Made by a program: the position numbers and the translations under genes. Below are positions 17,771-35,780 of a stretch of 64,000 nucleotides of DNA, one piece after another (position 1 is the stretch's first letter; each line of letters opens with the position of its first letter). This DNA comes from the human T2T-CHM13v2.0 reference genome, Homo sapiens. Under the pieces are notes generated by a model. It searched no databases. It had not been told where the DNA came from and saw nothing but the letters and a program-made list of their open reading frames with translations. The DNA lies in assembly GCF_009914755.1 (NCBI RefSeq), contig NC_060939.1; one strand, written 5' to 3'.

Positions 17771-19133
17771 GATATGGGTCTCAGTAAAGAAATCTGCTCT
17801 TTTACAATTCCTGCACCAATTTGCCATACTTGGAGATGACACATAGCAGCTTGTTTTTTACTTTTTCAAGAAAGGATATCATGGAAAGAAATCGAGCTGC
17901 CTTTCTATGAATAGAACTCAGTTGCCTTCCAGCCATAGGCTGCATGCTTCAAAATGTTCTTCAGAAATAAGAAATGGGTTGAGCTGCACCATCCACAGCC
18001 TTACCCTGAGCGTTCCCACCATGACCTCTAGCACATACGAAGTGCTTTGGTTAATTATGAAACCAGTGAAAATGAGATGAAAAGTCCTATTCTCATGCAG
18101 ACCCGTTGGGTTATGCAGAGACAAGGTCGCAGGGACACAGCCCTAACCACAGTCTGCCCTCTGGAAAACACGTGTCTGTTCACATGGAAATGACACAAGT
18201 CTAGTTCTCGTCCAAAAGTCATGCAGCAAAACAAAAATGTCTGCAAAACTGGCAAGAGTTTTTACCATGACTTTAATTTTGAGGGTGCTCTTTAGCAGAG
18301 GCTGTTGATGAAGGAAGAATTCTATCAACCAGGACCACTGAGCAGGAATGAATCTATAGCTCCCTTTTTTAAGGCCAGAAAGGACCTTAAGTTCCTTTTG
18401 TTTCCGGAGGAGGGACCTGAAGCCTAGAGATGACAAAAGATTTGGCTTCTTTAAAGGATCCATCCAGCCCCCTCCATGAAAAGGAAATGAGCCAGTGTTG
18501 GTTTCAGTATTCTAAACTTTTGGAAAATGGTAAAACTGAAGGACATTGAACAAAATTACTAGGGTTTTTTCTATCTTGTTCAGTGAGTGTCAACATACTA
18601 CATGTTTTTCATAATGGTTAGTTTTTATGATAAAAATACATTCTCATTGTATAAAATTTGGGAAATTCCAAAACCTATGGAGAAGAAGATTTATCCATAA
18701 CCCCACAATTTATTCATTTGCTTATTCCAGCAACAAATAAAAGTGCATGCCTTACTAAGAGCAGGGCATGTTCCAAGACTGACTATCCAGAAATGATAGC
18801 CTTGAATTGATTCCCTTCCAACCCTTTTCTCAATACACTACTACTACTAATTTTAAAATCAGGTTATTTCGTTTTGGAATCTCCTTTTCACTTAATATAT
18901 CACAAACCTTTTCCCAGTTTATCAAATAATATTCCAAGCTATGATTTTAAAGCTGCCTCACCTCAGCTCACATCATATCACATCACATCACATCAGTTTA
19001 CATTATTAAACCATTCTACTTGGGACATAAGAGATGATCAATTTTTCAACATTATAAATAATGTTGCATGTAATATTCTTTGGTCACATACCTGATTATC
19101 TTTGGAAAGCTTCCCTAGGATTCAGATTGTTAG

Positions 19134-19497
<364 letters not shown>

Positions 19498-20246
19498 CAA
19501 TTGCTTTCTTGAAAGAGTGTAATAGTTTTACTTCCACCAGCTACAAGAGTGTGTTTCAGTCATACAGCAAGGCCTGCCTCTCGAAACAACACCTATGGGT
19601 TAAAAAAAAAAAAAAGTCATTGTCAACTGAGTCAAAATGGTTTTTCTTTTAATTTGCATTTCTTACTTGACAACATAAGTCAAACTTTAAAAAAAAATTT
19701 GTTTCTTCATAAATTACCTTTGCATGCTTTTTGTCATTTTCCTATGGAACTGTTAATGTTTCTTCTTAGCATTCTAGTCTTAATATTTTTTAGCAAAGGA
19801 TTTTTCTGACTGCATTGTGAGATCTGGCCTCCTGGCTGGGGCGGCAGGAGGTGGGATGGAGAAAGGGCGGGGTGTCAGAGCCAGGCCTGTTCTCTTAGTC
19901 CTTCCACAATCGCCAAGGTGTGACCTGGGCCAACTCTTGGTATCTCTGGGCTTCAGTTCCCTTCCCTGTAAATAGAAAGGTCTTAATTAAGGTCCCTTCC
20001 AGTGCTGTAAAAGGGAGTTTCAAAGCTTCTCTCACTGTTATGATTGTGATCAGCTTCGAAGGAGGTAGTGCTAGTGGGTAAACATCAAACTGTAAGCTTG
20101 CTTCCCCAGTTCCAACCTACCAGTACCACCTACACTGAGAAAATCACTTTGATGCTCTTAGTTTCCTGATCTGTAAATGGAAAATGTGTTTTACAGATTT
20201 GTTGTAAAAGTTATGTGAAATAATAAAAATCAAAGTGTATAGATTA

Positions 20247-20648
<402 letters not shown>

Positions 20649-21486
20649 TCATAAATCTTAGTGCACAAACAAGTAAAGAAAACATTTTTTACCCTGTTGC
20701 ATGTATCCTCCCTTTCAAACTAGACTCTAGCCTCCAGGGGTCCAAAGAGAATGAGATGACAGAGAGAATGTAAATAGAAACAAAAGAAGCTAAATCTTAG
20801 TGTTTGGGCTTCTAAGTATGGAGCCTCAAGTGATAATACGCAATTTTCTGAAGCACTTCTGTACATGATTTTCTCCTTGTGTGTGCTGACTTGACAGCTT
20901 AATTCACACACATAATACACACACACATACCTCACACACATAAATCTACCATATATATATATATACACAACTTACATAAGTGCTTCACACCCACTATATA
21001 TCTAATTCCTTTTATAGGCATATGGCAATGAAAGCAGAAAATGTGATTCAAAAAATAGAAACCACTCTCATTTTCTTTAACTCTTTCCTTTAATTTTGGT
21101 CATTTAAAGCTTATAAATTTGACAGACTGTATTTTTAAAACAGACTATTTTTAAAACCTTTAATACTAGTCTCATACATGGTCTATTTCTATTGGTTTAT
21201 AGTTTGTCAGCAAATTGTATTTTCTACCCATAGGTAAATGTAGCACTGTTCTGAGCACCAAGAAGACATAGGCAGGGAATAGACACTACCTTAGGATCAA
21301 GAGGAGACAAGACATGTAAACATGTCATTAGCTAAGTGTGTACATAAATCCAGTTCTGTCATTAAAGAGTAAATATGAGAGCAGGGAGATTTTCTGGTGG
21401 GTGGGCGATGATTGCTTTTTTCTTCCCCACGCTCTCCTGGCATTTTTCTCCCCTTCCTTGGGACTGGATTATAGAATGCAGGGGCA

Positions 21487-21804
<318 letters not shown>

Positions 21805-22129
21805 TTATACATCATGGGCATAAACAATGGCCACTAATTGAAATGGTAGTTTGAAGCTAGCCAGAAATAGCTCTTCACAAAAGAGATCAAGTCTTACTCT
21901 GTAAAAAGAGAGTAAAAGCTGAGAAAATATTTCTGAACTAAGTTCACCTTACACAAAGAACATATCCAGAGTTCTAGAATATATGGATATGCTAGGGGAA
22001 GAAATACAGATGCAGGCAATCCCCTCTCCTCAATCAGAGGGACAAAGGGTGGAATATGATCTCTGTTCTAAGGCCGTTTGCACTTTCTGTTCATCCTTAC
22101 CCACTTGTGATGTGTTGTTGTGGTGGTTG

Positions 22130-22350
22130 TTTCTCAGCAAATGCTCTTAAGTCTGTTACGTAACCTTTCTAAGCACTTTACACATATGAACTGATTTGAC
22201 TCACATAATAATCTTCTGGGATAAGAACTATTAGTATCATTCCCACTTGACAGATGCAGAAACCGAGGACCTGAGAGATTCCATAAGTCTCCCTGGCAAA
22301 TTGGATTCAGCCCCAGGAAGTCTGGCTTCTTGGCCTACATTCTTGACTAT
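22130..22350. mobile_element. MIR
   Basis: cccacttgacagatgcagaaaccgagg core. Confidence 0.65.
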
Positions 22351-24639
22351 AAAAGTTGCACTGTCTCTTTAGCTGAAGGGTGAACTTAGGCATTTGAACA
22401 GCCAAGGGGTTGTGGGTAGAGTGAAAAAAGAAAGGAAAGGCTTTGAAAGTTATCCTGTTGTTTGAAAACACGAAAAGAGAAGAGAAAAAGAAGGAGAGAG
22501 CCTGGAATAGCTGTGAGAAGGCAATAGAAGAAGTGGAAGAACAGGAAATGGAAGAAAAAAAGCAAAGAGAAATTGACCTTGTCCCTGCTAGGGTCCAAAT
22601 CTAACGGCTTGCTCGGGCTGGAGGGGCTAGAAGTGGGTGTCTCTGCTTTCAAGCAGCGCATTTAACTTCACCGGCTTTCCCCAGGCTGTCTCTGCAGCAA
22701 CCCACACGAGGGCCTCTTTTCACAGCAATTATGAAAGTGATGGTGGGAGGAAGTACAGCTCACTTATTGAGGTTAAAAAGCCACCCAAGTAAAAGCATTA
22801 ACCCAGTAGTAAGATTAAATTCCTGGCCCCAAAGGGAAATTATCAGGAGGTGTCCTTTACCATGTGTGAAATGGAAACAGTTTCCTCTCTTGGGCAAAAT
22901 AACCAATTGCTGTGGGAGGCGGAAATCAATGCAGTGTTTGGTGAAAACTTGGGTTTCTCTGATGAGTTCTGTGAAACGCTAACGTCTAACAGGGGTTGTT
23001 CAGTCTATCCAATAACATTTTCTTCCCGTGACCTTGGATCTTAACGTTGGCTCCGCTCATAAATGACTGTGGAATGGGAATGAGAGAGTAAGCTCTTGAC
23101 AGCTACAGGGAAATGCACTTCTAAAGAACTTGGTATAAGAGGGAAAATGAGATGGTCCTCCAAGAGCTAAACAACAAGATCAATACATATTGTATGGAGC
23201 AGAGATGTGCAAAGTCATCATGTTGAACATTCTGACTTGTTGAACATGTTGAACAATCTGATTGAGGATAATAACACAGCTAAAGGAATAATAGTCAATT
23301 TAAGGTAGAGTTTGATTCCATGAAAGAAGAAAAAGGAGAGAGAAGTAAATGCATGTATTCTGTATATATATTGAGAGTCTGCTAAGCACTGTGCTAAGGG
23401 CATGAACAAATTCTACTCCTGCCTTTTTGGGGTTCCAGAGCAGGCTGACAGGGTCCATCTAAGAACAGCTCAGAAGAAAAAAATGCATCTTCGTCAAAGA
23501 TATCCAGTATCCTGGCCAAGAGCAGTGCCTGCCGTTTTTGTAGACGCTGTTATTCTTTTTCCCATATTCCCATCTCAGGCTCATAGATGAGGGAACTTCT
23601 CCCCATCTGACTTGCAGACCATTTTAGGGAACACTTGGATGGACACGTACTCTCTCGCTTTCCCTCCTTTCATTCTTCTCTCCCCAGGATAAGAGTAGCT
23701 AATCTGACTCAAGACAGCATATCACCCATGTGGCCTCACATGTCAGAAGGGGTTGATTATGGAGTTGGGGCACTGCTTGTGCATGGCACACTTTTTTGCC
23801 TTCTTTGATTGGCCTGCCCAGTCTCAGGGCCCTTGCACCCCAGCTCCTCAGCTGGCTTCCTTTTGCTTTCCTTCTGCTCCAGCTTCTCACAGTGCATCCA
23901 GGCAGGCAAGTCACGTTGGCCCTGCCCTCTCTTCAGTCTAGGTGAGGTATCAAAGGCCAGTACTTTGGCTCAACCCCAAGTTGAAGTCTCTAGCTCTGAG
24001 CGCTGGAGCTTGGGGGGCACAGCCTACCACACTCATCTCCAGAAAGTTCCCTGGGTCTGGTCTCCTTCTCATCAAGAAACTATGTAGGTAAAAGGTAAAG
24101 ATTGGTAAGCCTCACTTCAAGCCATTCTTACTAGATAACATTAAACCTTTATAGTCACCTCCCATCCCCCTTTCTACATCAACATTCACCAGGCAAAATT
24201 CTAACTGGGTTATGAGTTCACATGGGCTGGTCAGGTTGGCTCCAGTGGTCCAGGCTGTGTCACAGTTATTGTCATCATAGGTTAATCAGGAGGCATTCTG
24301 GTTGTCCACACCTCCACTGGATGACATGACCCGTATCCGAGATACCAGCTCTCAGCTTGTTGACAAAAGTGGGTGTCTGAACCTGCAGAGCTACAGAGGG
24401 TTCAAGTCACCAAGTTCATGGAATCCCACGAGCCTTGTGCTTGGACCACCCGCTTATCTTTCCCTTTAACTCCCCAAAACCAATACCCGCTGTCCTTTGA
24501 TGTGTAAAACTTCCACAAGAACAACCTTGTAAGATGTTTGAGAAGATGAAAGATAATGCAGGAGAGCCCCTAATAGGGTGCCTGACAGCCAGTAGACAAT
24601 AACCATGGGAATTGCTGCTGCTGCTATTTATTAATATTT

Positions 24640-25030
24640 TGGAGATAAGTATATATATATAGATGTATATCTATATATGTATATCTATACATATATTTAT
24701 CTATTTTAAAAGGAATAATAATTATTATTTATTATATTTATTGATTATAATTATTATATATACTTATATATTATTAGTATTATTAATATATTAATATTAT
24801 ATAATTGTGTTTATTATATTTATTGCAATTATTTATAATTATATTTACTTATTTAATTATAGATAATTATTTATAATTAAATACATATAATTATTTATCA
24901 TTATTACTCCTTTTAAGATACATAAGATAAATATATATATTTACACATATATGTATTTACACACATATATAAACAATATATATATATGTGTGTGTCTCAA
25001 ATTATTCTTAAAAGGAGTAATAAATAATTA
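24640..25030. repeat. AT-rich low-complexity tract with internal inverted repeat
   Basis: (TA)n-rich; 18-bp inverted repeat at 24901-24918 / 25006-25023. Confidence 0.85.
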
Positions 25031-26289
25031 CTGTCCATAAGAAGTAGGAGAAATTATTTCCCAATGTACCTAAAGACAGTGAGGTAGCAGTTAGGCCACA
25101 GTAGTTCTAAGGGCCTGCCATTCCCTACTCTCTTATCACTCTTGCAATTACTTGGTCTGAATGGCTCTATCTAGCCCAACTCCCTAGCTGACTGTTCATC
25201 TTCCAAATTATACCCAGGTGTCATCTGCTTTAAAGTGGCATGCATTCATGATTTGACTCAATATCTAATTCTAGCCCTGTGAAGCACTGGCCCTGATTAT
25301 AAATCCCGCACGTGCAGGCATTCGTGGTCCCTGTGGGTGCACAAGATCAGGGAACATTCCCAGCTACCTTTTCATTAACTCCTCAGAGGCATTCATGAAT
25401 GCTCGCAACAGCAGGGCCTTTAAGCCTTTCTGATAAATAACCACAGCAAGAAGTGTACACCCAACGCACACACGTGCACATGCACGCACATACACACACA
25501 TACACCTACAGGACTGAAACAGAAGCCTTATAAAACACTACTTACTCTTAAAATGTAGACTAATTCAAAAGTCTATTTTTTTAATATGGGCTAAGATTCA
25601 CTAAATTGATTTCAAAACCTACTAAGGGCTCAAGCCCGGCTATTTTAAGGGACACTGTAATGAAGACTCTACACAGAGATCACCAGACCTCGTGTTACGG
25701 TCTCAGCCTAGTTTTTCATCACATTTTTTTCTTGCGAGTCCTGAGAGTGCTGTGTATCTATTGTGAGGCTTTGCTGTTATTTTTGTTGTCGTTTTTGATG
25801 TTGGGGCTAACAGATGATGATGAGACATGGTTTAACAATAGCTTCACATTAGGAAAAGTATTTTTGTTACCCAAAACAAAGATTTCTGAGAACCTTGGTG
25901 TCTTGAGCCTGTGCACAATATGGAGGGAGGATGATGATGATGATGATTGTGCTTTTCGTGTATTAAAGAATCATTGTAAAAATACAAATACTGCCCACAC
26001 ACCTGGCACCAAGTAGGGACCCATGGGAGAGGAGTGATGGCACTCGTACCCACCCAACACTCACTCTCCACAGGTCCACTGACCTGTCATGTGGCTGAAT
26101 GGAGGGTGACCTCAGGCTTCAGGAGGCAGACCCAGGTCACAGACCTGATGACACTGTTTTCCAGCCCTGCAGCCTTACGCACATCATCTAATCTCGCTGA
26201 GCTTTGGTCCACTCATCTCTGAAATGGGCATAATACGAAAGCCATGGACTCTTTGAGAGGCTTGAGTGAGACTGCATCGTGTGCACAAA

Positions 26290-26461
26290 GGGAAGCCAGC
26301 CAGTCCTACGTGGCTGGAGGAGGAGGAAGAGAGAGCAAAGGGGAAGGTACTGCACATTTTACAACAACCAGCTCTGTGAGAACTCTATCATGAGAACAGG
26401 AAGGGGGAAGTCTGCCTCCATGATTCAATCACCTTCCACCCGGCCCCTCCTCCAACACTGG
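26290..26461. mobile_element. MST-type MaLR LTR fragment
   Basis: ccatgattcaatcaccttccacccggcccctcctccaacactgg. Confidence 0.75.
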
Positions 26462-26701
26462 CTCAATCTTCGCTCACTGCAACCTTCGCCTCCTGGGTTC
26501 AGGCGATTCTCCTGCCTCAGCCTCCCAAGTAGCTGGGACTACAGGCATGCGCCACTGCACCCGGCTAATTTTTGTATTTTTAGTAGAGACGGGGTTTCAC
26601 CATGTTGGCCAGGCTGGTCTCAAACTCCTGGCCTCGAGTGATCCACTCGCCTCAGCCTCCCAAAGTGCTAGGATTATAGGCGTGAGCCACTGTGCCTGGC
26701 C
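26461..26701 (-). mobile_element. AluS lacking its 3' end
   Basis: Fused directly to the MST fragment. Confidence 0.85.
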
Positions 26702-27911
26702 TGTCTTTTGAATAAAAGCTATTTTAACTGAAGTGAGATGATGTCTCATTGTAGTTTTGATTTGCATTTCTATGATAATCAATGATGTCGAGCCCCTTCT
26801 CATGTATCTGTTTGCCATTTGTATGTCTTCTTTTGAGAAGTCTCTATTCAGATCTTTTGCCCATTTTTCAGTTAGATTATTAGATCTTTGCTATTAAATT
26901 GTTTGAGCTTCTTATATATTCTGTTATTAATTCCTTGTCAGATAGGTAGTTTACAAATATTTTCTCCCATTCTACAGGGTGTCTCTTTAGTTTATTGATT
27001 GTCTCCTTTGCTGCACAGAAGCTTTTTAATTTGATGTGATCCCATTTGTCCATTTTTGCTTTGGTTGCCTGCGCTTGTAGGGTATTGCTCAAGAGATCTT
27101 TGCCCACTCCAATGTCCTGGAGAGTTTCCCTAATGTTTTTGTTCAGTAGTTTCATAGATTGGGGTCTTATAATTAAGTGTATAATCCATTTTGATTTGAT
27201 GTTTGTATGTGGTGAGAGAGAAGGGTTTGGTTTCATTCTTCTGTATATGGTTATCCAATTTTCCCACCACCATTTATTGAAGAGACTGTCCTTTCCACAA
27301 TGTGTATTCTTGGCGCCTTTGTCAAAAATGAGTTCACTGTAGATGTATGGATTTATTTCTGGGTTCTCTATTCTGTTCCATTGGTCTATGTGTCTGTTTT
27401 TATGCCAGTAACCATGTCACTTTGGCTACTTAGCTCTCTGGTATAATTTGAAGTCAGGGAATGTGATTACTCTAGTTTTGTTCTTTTTGTTTAGGACAGT
27501 TTTGGCTATGGCGGGTCTTTTGTAGTTCCATATACATTTTAGGATTTTTTTTTCTATTTCTGTGAGGAATGTCATCGATATTTTGATACAGATTGCATTG
27601 AGTCTGTAGATTGCTTTGGGTAGTATGGATGTTTGAACAATATTGATTCTTCCAATCCATGAACACGGAATATCTTTTCATTTGTGTCCTCTTTAATTTC
27701 TTGTATCAGTGTATAGTTTTCATTGTGGAGAACTTTGGCTTCTTTGGTTAATTTCTAAGTATTTTATTTTATTTGTAGCTATTGTAAATGGAATTGCTTT
27801 CTTGATTTCTTTTTCAGACTGTTTGCTGTTGACATACAGAAATGCCATTGGTTTTTGTATGTTGATTTTGTATCCTGCAACTTTACTGAATTGATTTATC
27901 AGTTCTAATAG

Positions 27912-27914
<3 letters not shown>

Positions 27915-27950
<36 letters not shown>
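27915..27950 (+). repeat. (TG)18 microsatellite
   Basis: Pure TG run. Confidence 0.95.
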
Positions 27951-27953
<3 letters not shown>

Positions 27954-29114
27954 TCTTTAGAGTTTTCCAAAATACGATTATACCATCTGCAAATAAGAAT
28001 AATTTGACTTCTTCCCTTCCAGTTTGGATGCCCTTTATTTATTTCCCTTGTCTGATTGGTCTAGCTAGAATTTCCTGAACAATGTTGATTAACAGTGGTG
28101 AAAGTGGGCATCTTTGTTATGTTCTTGATCTTAGAGAAGAGGCTCTTGGTTTTCCCCCATTCAGTATGAAACTAGCTGTGGGTGTGTTGTATATGGCTTT
28201 TATTATGTTGATGTATGTGCCTTCAGTTTTTAAGGGGCTTTCATCCTGAAGGGATGTTGAATTTTATCAAATGCTTTTTCAGCATTCATTGAAATTATCA
28301 TGTAGTTTTTGTTCTTCATTCTGTTGATATGATGTATCACATTGATTGATTTGGGTATATTGAATTATCCTTGCATCCCTGGGATAAATCCCACTTGGTC
28401 ATGATGAATGATCTTTTTAATGTGTTGTTGAATTCAATTTGCTAATATTTTGTTGAGAATTTTTGCATCAATATTCATCAGTGATATTAGCCTGTAGTTT
28501 TATTTTTTGGATGTATCTTTCGTTTTGGTATCAGGGTAATACTAGCCTTGTAGAATGAGTTGGAAGTATTCCCTCCACCACTATTTTTGGAGTAGTTTGG
28601 GTAAGGTTGGTATTAGTTCTCTTTAAATGTTTGGTAAAAGTCAGCAGTGAAACCATCACGTCCCAGGCTTTTCTTTGCTGGGAGACTTTTTATTACAGCT
28701 TTGATCTCATTATTTGTTGTTGGTCTGTTCAGGTTTTGCATTTCATCGTTATTCAATCTTGGTAGGCTGGACGTGTTTAGGAATTTATCCATTTTTTTCT
28801 AAGTTTTCCAATTTTTTGCATGTAATTCCTTATAATATTGACTGATGATCCTTTGAATTTTTGTGGTATCAATTGTCATGTTTCCTTTTTCATCTCTGAT
28901 TTTATATATTTGGGTCTTCTCTCTTTTTTTCTTAGTCTTATTTAGGCTAAAAGGTTGTCAAGGTTGTTTATCTTTTCAAAAAACCAACTTCTCATTTCAT
29001 TGATTTTTTTATTGTTTTCTTCATTTCAATTTCACTTATTTCTGCTCTGGGATCTTTATTCTTTTCTTCTACTAATTTTGGGTTTGGATTGCTCTTGCTT
29101 TTCTATTTCTTTAA

Positions 29115-29444
<330 letters not shown>

Positions 29445-30547
29445 TGTTTTTCTACTTTTTTAAGGTAAGTGTTTATTGCCATAAACTTCCCTCTTAGCAC
29501 TGCTTTTGCTGTATCCCATAGGTTTTGGTATGTTGTGTTTCCATTATCATTTGTTTCAAGAAATGTTTCCATTTCCTTCTTAATTTCTTCATCGACCCCA
29601 CTGGTCATTCCAGAGCATATTATTTAATCTCCATGTGTTTGTATATCTCCAAAATTTCTCTTGTTATTAATTTCTAGTTTTATTCCATTGTGGTCAGAGA
29701 AGATGCTTGACATTACTTCAATTTTTTTTTAATGTGTTAAGGCTTGTTGTGAGACCTAAGATATGGTCTGTCCTTGAGAATGATCCATGTGCTGAGGAAA
29801 AGAATGTGTATTCTGTAGCCATTGGATGAAACAATCTGTAAATATCTATTAGTTCCATTTGGTCAACAGTGCAGATGAAGTCCCATGTTTCTTTGTTGAT
29901 TTTCTGTCCAGAAGATCTGTCCACTGCTGAAAGTAGACTGTTGAGGTCTCCAGTTATTATTGTATTGGGGTCTCTCTCTCTCTTTAGCTGTTTAGTGTTT
30001 GCTTTATATATCTGGGTGCTCTAGTCTTGGGTGCATATCTATTTAAAATTGTTATATCCCCTTGCTGAATGACCCCTTTATCATTATATAATGACCTTCT
30101 TTGCCTCTTCTTATAGTTTTTGTCTTGAAATCTATTTAGTCTGATATAAGCATAGCCACTCCTGCTCTTTACCAGTTTCCATTGGCACGGGACATCTTTT
30201 TCCATCCCTTTCTTCTCAGTTTATGTGTGTCTTTGTAGGTGAAGTGTGTTTCTTGTAGGCAATATATCACTGGGTCATGTTTTTTTGTTTGTTTGTTTTT
30301 TCCATTCAGGTACTCTGCATAACAACTGGTTATGATCAGGGCCAATGACTCCCCACCACTTCCCAGCAGATAAGGCTCAGGCATTGAAGCAGAGAGTCCC
30401 TTTGGGCCCTGAGGATGCAGGAAGTACCTGCACCCACCTAAGACCTCCATCATTGGTTCATCCAAACTACTTCCTAATGTCAGAATAAGAAACAAGTCTC
30501 TTTTGGGCTCACACAGGGTATGTGTCTCATTTTTGCTAGTTGTGTCA

Positions 30548-31467
<920 letters not shown>

Positions 31468-32504
31468 TTAAAAGAGGGAGGAGTGAAATTCAGTCCAAGA
31501 AAGTGTCAGTGAATAATTGTGAAATCAAGTATCACATGACGCATGCCCATGGAAAAAGAAAAGCTACAGCAGGAATTTTTTTTTTTTTAGAATGGATTTT
31601 TTTCATCCCCCCAAGGCCAGTATCACTTGGGATTTGTATTAATGGTTTGCATTAAGTGTGACAGAGGGAGACCCTTTAGCTTTAGGCTTTGGACCTTGTG
31701 TTCCTCCTTGGTGGATGCTGGCTTTTCTCTTAGTTCTCCTGTGCTGGCCTGAACTTCTCCAGGACTGGATAACCCAGGCCCTGTTCCAGCCCCTTCTTGC
31801 CAAGAGGAGGAAGGAGAATGGATTTACAACCTCTGGCCAGTTCCCACGCCCTATTCTGAACTGCACTATTCAAGAATACTTGTGGGAGGACACAGAGGTG
31901 CTCCAGGCTGCACAAAATGACTCAGAGGCAGCCCCAGTGTGGGGTGGTCCTTGCCAAGACACAGAGACAAGAGCGGTGCTGGGGTGGCTTGGGACAGGGT
32001 ATGTTTTAGCGGGGATTTCTCTCTGTAATCTTCAATGCCCCCCAAGCTATTACAAGTAAAGACTAATTATAAAGATTGGAAGGAAAAACAAGGCAGGGAA
32101 AAAATTTAAATACATACACGCATGTATACATGCATATATATTCGTAGCCCCCTGGCTGTTTGGTTTATAGGAAGAAAATTATCCCTAAAATAATTAGTTG
32201 ACTATTGGAAAGAAAAAAAAATCTTGTAACCTTCAGTAAAAGCAGTGACTCTTGGCAAGCAAAAGTGGCTTTAAGTTCCCTAACCGGCTTGTCAAACCAG
32301 ACTGCTGCTCCCAAGCTACACCTATTACAAATATTAAAGCCACTAACTATGAGATTTACCGAGCCACATGGCCTGGAGATGGAAACATCCTCAGGGAATG
32401 GTCTGGTGCCAGAGACTGTTCCCTTAATGGGCTTTTACTGTTCCCTTAGTGGGCTTTTACTACTGTGTGTTTGATTCGCTTCATATACACACAGGCAACT
32501 TGAA

Positions 32505-33065
32505 TTTTTTTTTTTTTTCCAAGACGGAGTCTTGCTCTGTTGCCCAGGCTGGAGTGCAGTGGTGCCATCTCAGCTCACTGAAACCTCAAATTCCTGGCAC
32601 AAGTGATCTTCCAGCCTCAGCCTCTCAAGTAGCTGGGACTACAGGTGCATGCCCTACACCCAGCTAATATTTTTATTTTTTGTAGAGACAAGTTCTTGCT
32701 ATGTTGCCCAGGCTGGTCTTAAAGTCCTGGCCTCAAGCGATCCTCCCACCTCAGCCTCCCAAAATGTTAGGATTACAGGTGTGAGCCACCACATGCCAAG
32801 CCATTAATCTTTTTTTTTTTTTGAGACAGAGCCTCACTCTGTCACCCAGGCTGGAGTGCAGTCGCATGATCTCGGCTCACTGCAACCTCCAGCTCGTGGG
32901 TGCAAGCAATCCTCAAGCCTGGCTAATTTTTTGTTTTTTTTTTTTAGTACAGACAGGGTTTAACCATGTTGGACAGGCTGATCTCAAACCCCTGACCTCA
33001 AGTGATCCACCCGCCTCGGCCTCCCAAAGTGTTAGGATTACAGGCGTGAGCCACCACGCCCAGCC
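32505..33065 (-). mobile_element. AluJ (32505-32802) plus internally deleted AluS (32810-33065)
   Basis: Two tandem minus-strand Alus. Confidence 0.87.
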
Positions 33066-33464
33066 CATTAATAATTTTTAAAATGCAAATGAAAGCATAT
33101 ATATATATATATATGTATGTATATATGTACGCACACATAATATTTATCCTATAGTATTGGGTATGGGCAAATTTTTTTAAGTGTAATAATTCACAATGGT
33201 GTTGGTAAGAAAATAATTCACTTTCACACTGTTGGTTTTAGTATAAATTGGAATATATCTTGTAGATGTAATCACAAAAATATGCCAATATATGTACAAG
33301 AATGTTTATTACAGCAATATTTATAACCAAAAACAGAAAAACAACCAAATTATTTAAATGTTTGTGGACAGAGGCCTAGCTTTAAAACATATGGAACATC
33401 TATACCTTGGAATTCTATTCAGCCATTTAAAAAAAATGAGGTTGATTTCTACATACTTTAATTA

Positions 33465-33744
<280 letters not shown>

Positions 33745-33978
33745 CCTTTTTTTTTTAATGTATATGCGTATGGTGTAGAGGCCAAGAGGATAAGTTCTTC
33801 TTGGCCTTCTGAAGTTTCCCTGAAAAATCAACTTGGAAAAGACAGGTTAATAAGAGAAAAAGCACACAGATTTATTTAACAAGTATACAATTAATGAAGA
33901 TTCAAAGATACAGGTGGAATTGTCCATTTTTATGCTTAGGTTTAACAAAGTATGGAGAGCCATGTAAAAATATGATTG

Positions 33979-35780
<1,802 letters not shown>

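Noticed and set aside
22660-23080. Repeat-poor stretch as an enhancer or exon
   Set aside because: No motif or coding signal strong enough to support it without conservation data.
31658-32059. 133-aa ORF with a hydrophobic N-terminus
   Set aside because: GTG start, no recognisable family and no convincing splice context.
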